From positions 608,742 to 672,741 of the forward strand of contig CAVUWD010000011.1 of the NCBI GenBank assembly GCA_963745025.1: 64,000 nt of DNA. The letters run 5' to 3'. Both the position numbers and the translations under genes were made by a program. The notes beneath the pieces are model-generated. The model searched no databases, had not been told where the DNA came from, and saw only the letters and a list, made by a program, of their open reading frames with translations. This document shows positions 40,924 to 52,300 of this stretch, piece after piece; the first letter of the stretch is position 1, and every line of letters begins with the position of its first letter. The stretch is from an uncultured delta proteobacterium. Lineage in GTDB: Bacteria; Desulfobacterota; Binatia; JACPRU01.

Positions 40924-42621
40924 ATGGCTGCATCTGGGCGTCCGGTCATCGAGACCCGATATGAGCAGATGTTTCCCGCCTTGGAGCTCGCGGAGATCGA
41001 GCGGCTGCGGCATTTCGGCGAGCCGCGGAGCTACGGGACGGGCGAAGCTCTGCTGGCGACCGGCGAGGTCAGTCCGGGCATGTTCATCATTCTGTCGGGA
41101 GAGGCCGCGGTCACCCAGCACAACGTGCTCGATCGCGATCACCCGATCATCACGCACGGCTCGGGCGCGCTCATGGGAGAGCTCGCGCAGCTCTCCGGTC
41201 GTCCTTCGTTGGTCGACGCGCGCGCGACGAAGCCAACCGAGGCGCTCGTGATTCCTTCGCTCAGGGTCCGCGACGTTCTGGTGGCGGAAGCCGAGCTGGG
41301 GGAGCGCATCATGCGCGCGCTCATCCTGCGTCGCGTCGGCCTTCTCCAAGGCGGTATCGCGGGACCCGTGATCATCGGCCCTGCGGACGATGGCCACGTC
41401 CTTCGGCTGGCAGGGTTCCTCTCGCGCAATGGCCATCCATACCAACGGCTCGATCCCGAGACCGACTCCTGTGCGAAGACGCTCGTTGAGCGCTTCCGCA
41501 TCGAGCCGTCCGATCTCCCGATCGTGCTCCTCGCGAATGGGCAGATGCTGCGCAATCCGCGCGAAGGCGAGCTCGCTCGATCGATCGGCCTCGTCCGACC
41601 GATCGATGCCGCCAAAGTCTATGACGTCGCCATCGTCGGCGCCGGACCGGCCGGCCTCGCCGCTGCGGTGTACGGAGCGTCCGAAGGTCTATCGGTGATC
41701 GTGCTCGATAGCCGTGCCTTCGGCGGCCAGGCGGGCGCGTCGGCACGGATCGAAAACTATCTCGGCTTTCCGACCGGAATCTCCGGCATGGCCCTGATGG
41801 CCCGAGCCCACAACCAAGGTGAGAAATTCGGCGTCGAGTTCGCGATACCGGACGAGGTCGTGCGGTTGGAGTGCCGCGGGGACCCTGACGGCGCGCGGTT
41901 CCAACTGAGGCTCGCAAACGGCGAAGAGGTGCGCGCCCGCGCCGTGGTGATCGCCAGCGGCGCCCGCTACCGGCGTCTCGACGTCGCGAACCTCCAGGCC
42001 TTCGAGGGCTCGAGCGTCCATTACTGGGCCTCGCCCTTGGAGGGAAAGCTGTGCGCCGGGCAAGAGGTGGCGCTGGTGGGCGGCGGCAACTCCGCGGGCC
42101 AGGCAGTGGTGTATCTGGCGGGCCACGTAGCCAAGGTCCGGCTGCTCGTGCGCGGATCCGGCTTGGAAGCCAGCATGTCGCGTTATCTTGTCGATCGCAT
42201 CGCCGTGCTGCCCAATGTCGAGGTGCTGGTGCAAACGGAAGTCTCTGCGCTCGAGGGACAAGGGGGCATCCTGGAAGCGATCCGCTGGCGCCACCTGCCC
42301 TCGGGCCAAGAGACACGGCGGCCCACCCGCCACATCTTTCTGTTCATCGGTGCGGAACCGAATACTGCATGGTTGTCGCAATCCGATCTGGCGCTCGACG
42401 ACAAAGGCTTCGTGCGAACGGGCGCAGAGCTCGAAAATGGACACCGACCGCTCGAGACGAGTCGCCACGGCGTATTTGCGATCGGCGACGTGCGGGCCGG
42501 ATCGGTCAAGCGGGTGGCCGCTGCCGTCGGCGAAGGTGCCCAGGTGGTGGCAACGCTTCACGCCTTTCTGGCCGAGAGCGGCGATCACTCCGCCATCATC
42601 GCCAATCCCAGGAGGGCTTAA
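40924..42621 (+). CDS. cNMP-binding domain + thioredoxin-reductase-like FAD oxidoreductase
   Basis: GELAQLSGRP cNMP region; GAGPAG, GGQAGASARIENYLGFP, GGGNSAGQ, FAIGDVR, VKRVAAAVGEG. Confidence 0.9.
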   Translation: MAASGRPVIETRYEQMFPALELAEIERLRHFGEPRSYGTGEALLATGEVSPGMFIILSGEAAVTQHNVLDRDHPIITHGSGALMGELAQLSGRPSLVDARATKPTEALVIPSLRVRDVLVAEAELGERIMRALILRRVGLLQGGIAGPVIIGPADDGHVLRLAGFLSRNGHPYQRLDPETDSCAKTLVERFRIEPSDLPIVLLANGQMLRNPREGELARSIGLVRPIDAAKVYDVAIVGAGPAGLAAAVYGASEGLSVIVLDSRAFGGQAGASARIENYLGFPTGISGMALMARAHNQGEKFGVEFAIPDEVVRLECRGDPDGARFQLRLANGEEVRARAVVIASGARYRRLDVANLQAFEGSSVHYWASPLEGKLCAGQEVALVGGGNSAGQAVVYLAGHVAKVRLLVRGSGLEASMSRYLVDRIAVLPNVEVLVQTEVSALEGQGGILEAIRWRHLPSGQETRRPTRHIFLFIGAEPNTAWLSQSDLALDDKGFVRTGAELENGHRPLETSRHGVFAIGDVRAGSVKRVAAAVGEGAQVVATLHAFLAESGDHSAIIANPRRA

Positions 42622-42790
42622 TGGATAAGGAATGCACCCATACGGCGAGCATCCGCCAGGTGACCCCCAGCGCGCTGGGTTGCGAGGAGTGTCTGAAAAT
42701 GGGTTCGGTGTGGGTCCATCTTCGCCTCTGCCGGACGTGCGGCCATGTGGGCTGTTGCGACAGCTCGCCGAACCGTCACGCCACCAAGCG
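42621..42790 (+). pseudogene. UBP-type zinc finger protein, C-terminally truncated
   Basis: CTH...GCEECL...WVHLRLCRTCGHVGCCDSSPNRHATK; the following H..HP..W..C segment is absent. Confidence 0.75.
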
Positions 42791-43128
42791 CACGACCGCC
42801 CTCCTGTTTTGCCCGGATGATGCCACCTGCGAGCGGCGAGATGCAGAAAAGTGTTTAACCACGCACTCCGAGCCCGATCGTCGCGGAAACCTTCGTCGTC
42901 TGCTGGTCTCCCCGGGTTTCCCTTGCGAGAAGAGGCCCGAAGGGATTATCGGCAACTAGTCTTCAGGCGTCACCTTCGCTGTTCGGCGCCCCGATTGCGG
43001 AGAAGACGGTCTTGCGGGCATGTCCGACGACCACCAGTACCCTGCTGCGCGCTGGCCCGTGGAACGGTCAGGACTCGATCCTCAAGGAGCAGTGATCGTC
43101 GCGAGCTGCCGCGTGGTTGGCATGTCGG

Positions 43129-45747
43129 TTATTGATCTATTTCCCCCGATTCGCGAAAGAGATTCCGAAGTCGTTCACCGCCACTCGCATCAGCGGCGGT
43201 CGGCATCTTCGCCCGTGGCGATTGCCCTCGCACAGCGCTGCCAGCCTCGGTCACCAGAATATCGGGAAGCATTTGGGGATTCAGGCGTCGGAGTTCTCGC
43301 TCTTCGTTTTGGGCCTCGTCTTCGCGACCGAATGCTCTGTAGAGCGACACCAGCTCCCGGCGTGAGGATGCGATGTCCGGGTTCTGCACCAGAGCCCTCC
43401 TGTGAGCGTCGATGGCTTCCTGATACCGGCCGATCCCAGTGTATGCCAGGCCTAGCAAAGTCAGGTACCACGGCGGGTAACGCGGGTTGAGCCGCATCGC
43501 CTGCTCTACCTCGACAAGCCCTTCGTTGGGCATCGCCAGAGAATTGAAGATATCGGCCGTCCATATCCGGATATCGGCGTTGTTCGGATCCAGGGCGATC
43601 GCGAGCTTTGCCTCGGCCATTGCTCGTTCACGGTCGTCCTTCCAGATCCAAACCCATGAAGAAAGAGCGTGTGCCATTGCATCGGAATCGTCCGCGCTCA
43701 GGGCCTTCTCGGCGAGCTCGGCGATTCGCTTCAGATTCGATCCCGCTGGGACTTCAGGCTCCTGAAAAAACGCGCCGTATAAAGTGCCGAACCCCAACAT
43801 GGCATAGGCGGACGCGAACTTCGGGTCGAGCTCGATAGCGTGTTCGAACATGCGCCGAGCCTTCCGATACGCTTCCATTGCTCGCTTCCGCGTGTCTCCC
43901 GGCGCAACGCGCCGGACGTCATCTATTCCCCGAAGGTACGAGTCGTAGGCGTTCAGATTCTTGGTCGGGATCCGCCGTACGCGGTCGAACTCTGCCTTGC
44001 CCACTTCGAGCCCCAGGTCCATCGCCACCTGTCGGATGATCTCGTCTTGCACCGAGAATATGTCCTTCAATTCGCGGTCGTATCGGTCGCTCCACAACGA
44101 GCGCCCGGTACTCGCATCAAGGAGCTGCGCGGTGATTCGAATACGGTCGCCGGCCCTACGCACGCTGCCGTCGACGACGTAGCGCACGCCCAATTCGCGG
44201 CCTACTTCCGCGAGGTTCATCGGTCTCGCGCGATAGGCGAACACGGAGTTGTGGGCGATCACGAAGATCCCGGAGATCTTCGAAAGACCGCCGATGACGT
44301 CCTCGGTCATGCCATCGCTGAAGTACTGCTGCTCCGGATCTGAGCTGAGGTTCACAAATGGCAAAACGGCGATGGACGCTGGGCTGACGGGAGCCATGGG
44401 TTTCGCGCCGGCTTGGAACACTGAGCGGAGAGACGGCGCCCAAAGCACGGCAACGGCCGCTAAGAGGAGAGGTACTGACACGGTGACGACGCGGGCTAGC
44501 CACCGCCATTGTGGGAAAGGGGTTGCCGGCTCCCCCCTGCTCGCGACTATCCGGCGGCCGCTTCTCACACGGTACACGTGCACGGGTCCGGCGATGTTCT
44601 TCATGGCTCGCTCGCCGAGCGACTCGTACTCGAGATCCAACTTGTTCTTGACCTGGTCGTACACCGTTCCGGAGACGCAAATGCCGCCAGGGTTGGCGAG
44701 GCCCTCGAGCCGCGCCGCGACGTTCACGGCGTCTCCATAGATTCGCTCGCCTTCCATCACGACGTCACCGGCGTTGATGCCGATCCGGAACTCCATCCGC
44801 CGATGAGCAGGAAGTTTCTCGTTTTCGGCGCGGAGTGCAGTCTGAATCGCGGCAGCCGCGCGTACGGCATCGACGGCGCTGCCGAACTCCGCGAGCAAGT
44901 TGTCGCCGGGTGAATCGACCACGCGGCCCTGATGTTGTGCAACGAGGTCCGTCATGATGTGCCGGTAGGCAGTCAGCGTTCGGATCGTTGCCGCCTCGTC
45001 GTCCGCCATGAGTCGGCTGTAGGCGTTGACGTCGGCACTGAAGATCGCCGCGAGCTTTCGGCCCGAGGTTGCTGTCGGACGAGGTAGCGGTTGCGCGGGA
45101 GCCGGCTCGTACGCATCGGCCGGCACCGCCGAGTCATCCCAGGCGACCTGGGGATCGGGATTGTACGAGCAGAAGTAACCGGTCTTGACCGTGGCCGCGA
45201 GGTGGCGGCCGAGCGAGGGGTGGCTCTCGCGGATCTTGGCCAGCGCAGCCTTCAGACGTTGCGTGACTGCAACCCGCGCGCGCTCCGCGTGTGATGCCGC
45301 CGGTCGATCGCGCCCGCCGAGGCCTACACTGGCCGAGAGCTGTCCCGAGATCGCCTCTATCTCCGCGCGCGCCTGCTCTATTCGCCCCGCGTCGTTAAAC
45401 CGCTCTGCCTCGGCGAGCTCGTTGCGAAGGTCTTCGAGCCGGCGGCGATACTCGGCCTTGGCCCGGGCATCGAGAGCCTTGCCCGCGTCGCCGAGATCCC
45501 CGACCGCCGCCGCTTCGCCGACGACTGCGTCGCCTGCCGCCGCACTGCCCGCCCCGATCAGATCCATAGCGTGGAGCTCCCGGCCGGGATTCCGCAGGAG
45601 CTGCGCGAGACAGTGGAGGCCCTTGGCGTCCTTCAGCCTGATCGCCTGCCTCTCGTAGACGATCGTCCAGTACTCGCCGTCCTTGCGGAAGACACGGCGG
45701 TCCGCCTGCCGCGGACCGTCGGTGAGGGTCGGGCCTGAACCGTCCAT
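43129..45747 (-). CDS. Adenylate/guanylate cyclase with TM, TolB-like and TPR regions plus an extra N-terminal domain
   Basis: RKLAAIFSADV, SPGDN, FRIGIN.GDV, GDAVNVAARLE; SIAVLPFVNLS...YFSDGMTED; TPRs. Start at MDGSG with SD GAAGG. Confidence 0.88.
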   Translation of the reverse strand: MDGSGPTLTDGPRQADRRVFRKDGEYWTIVYERQAIRLKDAKGLHCLAQLLRNPGRELHAMDLIGAGSAAAGDAVVGEAAAVGDLGDAGKALDARAKAEYRRRLEDLRNELAEAERFNDAGRIEQARAEIEAISGQLSASVGLGGRDRPAASHAERARVAVTQRLKAALAKIRESHPSLGRHLAATVKTGYFCSYNPDPQVAWDDSAVPADAYEPAPAQPLPRPTATSGRKLAAIFSADVNAYSRLMADDEAATIRTLTAYRHIMTDLVAQHQGRVVDSPGDNLLAEFGSAVDAVRAAAAIQTALRAENEKLPAHRRMEFRIGINAGDVVMEGERIYGDAVNVAARLEGLANPGGICVSGTVYDQVKNKLDLEYESLGERAMKNIAGPVHVYRVRSGRRIVASRGEPATPFPQWRWLARVVTVSVPLLLAAVAVLWAPSLRSVFQAGAKPMAPVSPASIAVLPFVNLSSDPEQQYFSDGMTEDVIGGLSKISGIFVIAHNSVFAYRARPMNLAEVGRELGVRYVVDGSVRRAGDRIRITAQLLDASTGRSLWSDRYDRELKDIFSVQDEIIRQVAMDLGLEVGKAEFDRVRRIPTKNLNAYDSYLRGIDDVRRVAPGDTRKRAMEAYRKARRMFEHAIELDPKFASAYAMLGFGTLYGAFFQEPEVPAGSNLKRIAELAEKALSADDSDAMAHALSSWVWIWKDDRERAMAEAKLAIALDPNNADIRIWTADIFNSLAMPNEGLVEVEQAMRLNPRYPPWYLTLLGLAYTGIGRYQEAIDAHRRALVQNPDIASSRRELVSLYRAFGREDEAQNEERELRRLNPQMLPDILVTEAGSAVRGQSPRAKMPTAADASGGERLRNLFRESGEIDQ

Positions 45748-45972
45748 CCTTCCCCTTCTCGGACCCCGCAACCTTACGCCCGCAGGGCGAAGAGCCGCAA
45801 ACCGAGACCCCCGAAATCCCGCCTGCACGCAGGGTTCGTGGACGCTCCAGCCGATCCGTACGGCCCGAATGAACATCGTAAGCTCGTTTCTCACGCCCCT
45901 GCGACAGATGGTCGAGCGAGCTCTGACGTACGAATTCGATTTCGCAGCCGCATGGATCGTGGCAACGTCCCC

Positions 45973-46325
45973 ATGTCGAGTGAGTTTCCCATCGTGAAGA
46001 ACGGCATCGCGTCGGGTGCGCTTCTGCTTCTCGCCGTGATCGGTGGCGTGGTCTCCAAGCAGGGGGCGATCTCAGCCGAGCCCATAGACAACCTCTGCGC
46101 TGCGGGCGACGCGTTTACCGAACCGTTCACCAGACCCCACTGGAACGGTTGGGGCGTCACTGCATCACAACGGCGATTTCAGCCGGCGGCGATGGCGCAA
46201 CTATCGGTAGACCAGGTGCCGAGGCTCAAGCTCAAGTGGGCTTTCGGATTCCCAAATGTGACGCGGGCTTTCGCGCAGCCGACTGTCGTCGGAGACAGGC
46301 TCTTCGTCGGCAGCGCCGGGGCGGA
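45973..46325 (+). pseudogene. PQQ-dependent (polyvinyl-alcohol dehydrogenase-like) N-terminal fragment
   Basis: Signal peptide, HWNGWG, VPRLKLKWAFGFP, AQPTVVGDRLFVGS, then ends. Confidence 0.7.
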
Positions 46326-46346
46326 AGGCGCGAGGGAGTCTGGGCT

Positions 46347-46421
46347 ATGAACTGCTCGTCGTGCCAATGCGAGAATCCGGCCGGTAGCGCTCTCTGCGGT
46401 GACTGCGAAGGCGTCCAATGA
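46347..46421 (+). pseudogene. Isolated zinc-ribbon start of a cyclase gene
   Basis: MNCSSCQCENPAGSALCGDC* resembles the MRCSSCGSEN...FCAGC start at 49357. Confidence 0.5.
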
Positions 46422-49204
46422 TGAATTCCTTCGCCCGCTGGATGGTTCGCTACCCTCTCGTCGTAGTCAGCGCGAACCTTCTCGTGACCGCGGTCCTCGG
46501 CTTCTACGCGTTGCGCATCCGGGTCGAGTTCTCGACGGCGAGCGTCTTGCCCGCGGGCGATCCCCAGGTCGAATACTACGAGAGCGTCAAGAAGACCTTC
46601 GGCAGCGACGACATCGCCATCGTGGGAGTGCGAGCAGATGATCTGTTCGCCGCTCCGACGCTCGAGAAGATCGCGCGAGTGACGGATGCCCTCGCCAATA
46701 TTCGCGGGGTCAGTTCTGTGGCGAGCATCACCAACGCTCCGGACCCGACCGAGGACCTGTACCGCGGCTTCCCGCGCCTCATGCCCCGAATCCCACTGAC
46801 CCCGGGTGAGATCGAGGCGCTCAAGAAGAAGCTCGTCGCGTTCCCGCTTTTGGGGAAGAACCTCTTGGCCGACGATTACAAGGGGGCGGCGATCAACGTC
46901 TTCCTCGAGAACCTGACCGATGTCGAATATTCCGACCTTCGCATCGACGACAAGATTCGCGAGATTCTCGCCAAGGAGAGCGGCCCCGAGCGCTTCTATT
47001 TCACCGGAGTGTCGCACATCACCCAATCCTTGGTCAGGCTGATGACCCAGGATCTCGTTCGATTCACGCCGATCGCCCTCGCGCTCGTCCTCGCCGTGTT
47101 CTGGCTATCCTTCTGGACGGTGCGCGGCGTCGTTCTGCCCGTGGTCTCCGTCCTTATGGCCCTGTCGTGGACTCTCGGTGCGATGGTGCTCGCCGGCAAG
47201 GCGATCACCATCGGCACCTTCATTCTGCCGCCTCTCCTGCTGGTGATCGGCAGCACCTATGCGATTCACGTGATGGCCCGTTACTACGAGCAGGTCGATG
47301 CCGGAGCGCCCCGCGAGGAGCTAGTCGTGCGCGCCTTCGAGCGAGTGTGGCTGCCGCTGGTGATCTCGGCTTTCACGAACATCGTCGGGTTCGGATCGCT
47401 GATGGTCAATCGCATTACGGCGATCTGGGACCTCGGACTTTTTGCCGTCGTCGGGCTCGTATTTCTCACGGTGACCTCGCTCACGCTCATCCCGGCGGCG
47501 CTCGAGCTGATGTCGGTCGAGCTGCGGACGAAGAGATCGGGCAAGGTCTCACCGATTCTTTCACAGTTCCTGCGGCGCCTCGGCAAGCGCGCCTACGTAT
47601 TTCGCCACCCGATCCTCTGGGCATGCGCGGCGACCGCGGTCGTGGCGGCGGCAGGAGCGCGCCTCATCCACGTCGATTCGAACTGGCGCTACTACTTCAA
47701 GCCGAGCTCGGAGGTGCTTCAGGCGAACGAAGCGATCAATCGGGAGATCGTCGCGGCGAACCCCCCGTTCTACCTCGTGCTCGAAGGGACCGAGCCGGAT
47801 CTCTTCAAGCGCTGGGAGGTCCTGAAGCAGATCAGGGATCTGCGCAGCTTTCTCCTCACGCTTCCCGGGGTCACTTCGTCGATGTCCATCGTCGACGTTC
47901 TCGAATTGATCGAGGCAAGCCTCAACAAGAGCAAGGGTGCTGAGGGCAACGAGATGCTCGACGAGCAGGGAAACGTCCTGCCGCACGAGATACCGAAGTC
48001 CCTCTGGGAAGATCCCAAGAGCCTTGCTGACCCGCTGAAGTTCGTGGCCAAGAGATCGAAGACCTTCTACGTTACGGAGGATTTCCGAACCGCAGCGATG
48101 CTCGTGCGCACGAAGCTGACGGGCTCGGACGAGATCGAAGAAACGCTCGCCAGGATTCGCGACTATGTCGGCAAGCAGTTCCCGCCGAAGATCCATGCAC
48201 GTCTCACCGGCAACGTGGTGCTGCTCACCGGTACCGCATCGGACATCGTCGCCGGACAGATCAAGAGTCTGTCGCTCGCCCTGGCTGTGATCTTCCTCGT
48301 CATGGCCCTCATGTTCCTGTCGGTCAAAGTGGGCTTCCTCGCCATCCTGCCGAACCTCCTGTCGATCGTCATCTTCTTCGGGGCGATGGGGTGGCTCGGG
48401 GTCTTCCTGAACCTCGGCACCAGCTTGATCGCGGCAATCGCGCTCGGGATCGCCGTCGATTCGACGGTTCATTACATGGCGCGACTCAACCTCGAGCTGA
48501 AGGGGGCCACCGACCAAGTTTCGGCTCTCGTCGAGACGCTGCGCATCGTCGGCATCCCGATCATCTATGCGACGGTAGCCCTGTTCTTCGGGTTTCTGAC
48601 CTTTGCCTTCGCGAGCCTGGTGCCGATCCAGCAGTTCGGTCTCCTTACCGGAATGACGATGGCGACCGCGCTCGCCGCCAACCTCGTGCTGCTGCCGGCA
48701 CTTCTGGCGACCACCAAGATCATCACGGTCTGGGACCTCCTCGCGGTGAAGCTCGGCAAGGATCCGGCGCGGACCATCCCATTCTTCGCCGGCCTCAGGC
48801 CCGCGCAAGCGCGGATCGTCGTCCTGATGGGAGAGATTAAGCGGTTCGCCCCCGGCGACAAGATCGTTCGCCAGGGCGAGATCGGCGACGAGATGTACGT
48901 GATCATTCAGGGCGCGGTCGACGTGTTCGCGGGGAGCGGCGGGGAGCGGCGCTACCTCGCTCGATACCGTCACGGTGAGGTGTTCGGCGAGATGGGCCTC
49001 GTTCGCCACCACGAGCGCAGCGCCGACGTCGTGGCCGCCGAGCCCGTGGAGGTCCTCGCCGTGAACGAGCGCTTCCTCGAGCGCATCCAGTTCCGCTATC
49101 CGCGGATCGCCTCCAGGGTTTTTCTCAATCTCACCCGCATCGTCAGCGATCGCCTGCAGCGCATGACGGACCAGTACGTCGCCGCACGGACGCCCGCCTC
49201 CTGA
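46418..49204 (+). CDS. MMPL/RND-family transporter with C-terminal cNMP-binding domain
   Basis: Two TM bundles with periplasmic loops, IALGIAVDSTVHY; tail IVRQGEIGDEMYVI...VFGEMGL...RSADV. Confidence 0.9.
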   Translation: MMNSFARWMVRYPLVVVSANLLVTAVLGFYALRIRVEFSTASVLPAGDPQVEYYESVKKTFGSDDIAIVGVRADDLFAAPTLEKIARVTDALANIRGVSSVASITNAPDPTEDLYRGFPRLMPRIPLTPGEIEALKKKLVAFPLLGKNLLADDYKGAAINVFLENLTDVEYSDLRIDDKIREILAKESGPERFYFTGVSHITQSLVRLMTQDLVRFTPIALALVLAVFWLSFWTVRGVVLPVVSVLMALSWTLGAMVLAGKAITIGTFILPPLLLVIGSTYAIHVMARYYEQVDAGAPREELVVRAFERVWLPLVISAFTNIVGFGSLMVNRITAIWDLGLFAVVGLVFLTVTSLTLIPAALELMSVELRTKRSGKVSPILSQFLRRLGKRAYVFRHPILWACAATAVVAAAGARLIHVDSNWRYYFKPSSEVLQANEAINREIVAANPPFYLVLEGTEPDLFKRWEVLKQIRDLRSFLLTLPGVTSSMSIVDVLELIEASLNKSKGAEGNEMLDEQGNVLPHEIPKSLWEDPKSLADPLKFVAKRSKTFYVTEDFRTAAMLVRTKLTGSDEIEETLARIRDYVGKQFPPKIHARLTGNVVLLTGTASDIVAGQIKSLSLALAVIFLVMALMFLSVKVGFLAILPNLLSIVIFFGAMGWLGVFLNLGTSLIAAIALGIAVDSTVHYMARLNLELKGATDQVSALVETLRIVGIPIIYATVALFFGFLTFAFASLVPIQQFGLLTGMTMATALAANLVLLPALLATTKIITVWDLLAVKLGKDPARTIPFFAGLRPAQARIVVLMGEIKRFAPGDKIVRQGEIGDEMYVIIQGAVDVFAGSGGERRYLARYRHGEVFGEMGLVRHHERSADVVAAEPVEVLAVNERFLERIQFRYPRIASRVFLNLTRIVSDRLQRMTDQYVAARTPAS

Positions 49205-49356
49205 GGTTTCGTGCGCGACGTCAGACGCGGAACCGGCTTGGAACAAAGCACTCGCAAGACGTGCCCGGGCAGACTCAGTCCTGACGGGACCACCGCCTCC
49301 CGCTTGCGCTAGACTCCCCGCAGGGACTATCGCCTGCTGAGGCAAGCTGTCCTTCG

Positions 49357-52300
49357 ATGCGATGCTCATCCTGCGGTAGCGAGAATCGGGAGGGCCGGAA
49401 ATTCTGTGCCGGGTGCGGCGGAGCCCTGGGTCTCGCCTGTGCCGCGTGTGGTGCCAACAATCAGCCGGGCGAGCGATTTTGCGGCGAATGCGGGAAGCCG
49501 CTCGCCGGGGCCGCGAAGCAATCGACGCAGCGCGATCCGCGCTCGTACACGCCAAAACATCTCGCCGACAAGATCCTGCAATCCAAGTCCGCCCTCGAAG
49601 GCGAGCGCAAGCAAGTCACGATCCTGTTCGCCGACGTCAGGGGATCGACGGAACTGGCCTCCGAGCTCGACCCGGAAGAGTGGCACCGCATCATGGATCG
49701 TTTCTTCCAGATCTTGGCCGAAGGCGTTCACCGCTTCGAGGGCACGGTCAACGAGTACCGCGGTGACGGCATCATGGCGCTGTTCGGCGCCCCGATCGCA
49801 CACGAAGACCATGCGCAGCGGGCTTGCTACGCCGCACTGCACCTCCGAGACGCGCTGCGCCGCTACGCGGACGAGTTGCGCATCGGCAAGGGGATCAACT
49901 TCTCGGTGCGGATGGGCCTCAACTCGGGCGAGGTCGTGGTCGGCAGGATCGGCGACGATCTGCGGATGGACTACACGGCGCTCGGCCACACGGCGAGCCT
50001 CGGCGGCGCGGATGGAGCAGATCGCCGAGCCGGGGAGGATCTACCTCACTGAGCACACGGCGAGGCTGTGCAAAGGGTTCTTTGCGCTCCGCGATCTCGG
50101 GCGGCTCGACGGTCAAGGGGTCTGAAGGAGCCGGTTCGGCGTCTACGAGCTCGAGGGGCTCGGCCGTCTTCGGACGCGCTCGAGGTCTCTCGCGCGCGCG
50201 GCTTCTCGAAGTTCGTCGGCCGCCAGAGCGAGATGGCTGTGCTTGAGATGGCGCTCGAGCAGGCGATCTCGGGGAATGCGCAGGTCGTCGGAATTGTGGC
50301 CGAGCCGGGAGTCGGCAAGAGTCGGCTCTGCCACGAATTTCTGGAGCGCTGCCGTGCACGTGGCCTACAAACTTTCGAAACCCATGGAGTCCCGTACGGA
50401 AAGGCAACGCCGTTCCTGCCGATGCTCGAGTTCATGCGGAGTTTTTTCGGCATCACCGACCAGGACAATCCTCAAGCAGCCCGGCAGAAGATCGCGGGAG
50501 GCCTACTGCTTCTTGATGAGAGTTTCCGCGAAGCCCTTCCTCTGATCTTCGATTTTTTCGGCGTCTCCGATCCCGAGCAGCCGATCACCCGGATGGATCC
50601 GGAGGCTCGCCAGCGGCAGCTCTACGCGATCGTGAAGCGGATCACCCAGGTTCGCGGTCGGCGGGTGCCGGCGGTGACGCTGTTCGAGGATCTTCACTGG
50701 TTCGACGGTGGGAGCGATGCGCTCGTGGAGCAACTCGTAGAAGCTCTTCCGGGCACGCAGGTTCTTCGTGTGGTGAACTTCCGCCCCGAGTATCACGCCC
50801 GCTGGATGCAGAAGTCATACTACCAGCAGCTTCCGCTCCTCCCGCTCAATCCGGAAGCGATCGCGGAGCTGCTGACGGATCTTCTCGGCAACGATCCGTC
50901 GCTCGCGGGTCTCGGAGGCCTGATTCGTGAGCGAACGGGCGGAACCCGTTTTTCATCGAGGAGGTCGTCCTGTCGCTCGCCGAAGCCGGAAGTCTCGAAG
51001 GGTCGAAGGGCGCCTACAGACTGACGAAGCCGATTCACGCGGTCTCGATTCCGCCGACCGTGCAGGCCGTTCTCGCCGCCCGGATCGATCGACTCCCGGA
51101 GAAGGAGAAGCGAGTCCTCCAAACCGCGTCCGTGATCGGGAAGACGTTCTCGGAGCCGGTCCTAAAGCGCGTCGGGGAGCTTCCCGAGACGGAGCTGGCC
51201 GATGCTCTGCGGGCGCTGATTGAAGCCGAGTTCCTCTACGAAGAGGCGCTCTATCCAGAGGCGGAGTACGCGTTCAAACACCCCCTCACCCAGGAGGTCG
51301 CCTATGGCTCGCAGCTCACCGAGCGAAGAGCCCACGTCCACGCCGCGATCGCGCGTGCGATCGAGGAGATCGATTCGGGGAAGCTCGGCGAGCATGCGGC
51401 GCTCCTCGCCTACCACTGGGAGCATGCGGGCGAGTCTCGGGAAGCTGCGAAGTGGCATCGCCGCGCGGCCGAGTGGGTCGGGCTCAACAATTCTTCCGAG
51501 GCGCTCCGGCACTGGGGGAGCGTGCGGGAGCTTCTGGACACGCTCCCGGAGACGCCGGAGGACCTCGTCGAGAGAGCAGCCGCGCGCGCCCAGATCATGA
51601 CTCACCTCGCTCGTATGGGTGATGTGGAGGACCAGGCGACTACGCTCTTCCGGGAAGGAAGAGAGCTCGCAACTCGCAGCGGGGACCCTCACATCCTCAG
51701 CCAGCTCCTGAACGGCTTCGGCCTCGTTCGGTTCTTCACCGGAGCTCTCGAAGAAGCGCTCGATCCGCTCCTCGAGGCGATTCGACGCGCCGACGAGACG
51801 GGGGACATCGGCTTGAGAGTGGCCGTTCGGTACGGTCCGTCCAATGCCTATTTTTTTGCTGGGCGGCTACGCGAGTGCCTTGCCATTACGGAGCAGGGTC
51901 TCGGGCTCGCTCGGGGAGGTCTCGGCCTCGGCGCTGATCGAATCGGCTTTAGCCCGAGCCTCGGCCTCTCGTGTTGGCGCGGCGCTGCCCTCAGCCTAAC
52001 CGGGCGTCCTCGAGAAGGGGCAGCCGAGCTCGACCAGGTGATCGAGCTCGCTCGCACGTCTCAGCAGCTGACTCCGCTCTGGTTCTCGCACGCCGTCCAC
52101 GTCTTTCGGTGTGAGGTCACCGGCGAGGCAGTGCCTGCTCTGGCGCACGGCCGCGAGGCGGTGGACTACGCGGAACGGACTGGCATCCCGGTCGCACGAA
52201 ACTTCGCTTACCTCTACCTCGGGATCGCCAACGTCTTGAACGGCGCATGGCACGATGCGCTCGAAGTCCTGGGAACCGCGTTGACGATCGGGAGGGAACG

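Noticed and set aside
47561-49555. Long antisense and alternative-frame ORFs (e.g. 47561-49555, 38317-39894, 12566-13849, 4821-6116)
   Set aside because: Shadow ORFs of high-GC genes: Arg/Pro/Ala-rich, no motifs, fully overlapping well-supported CDSs.
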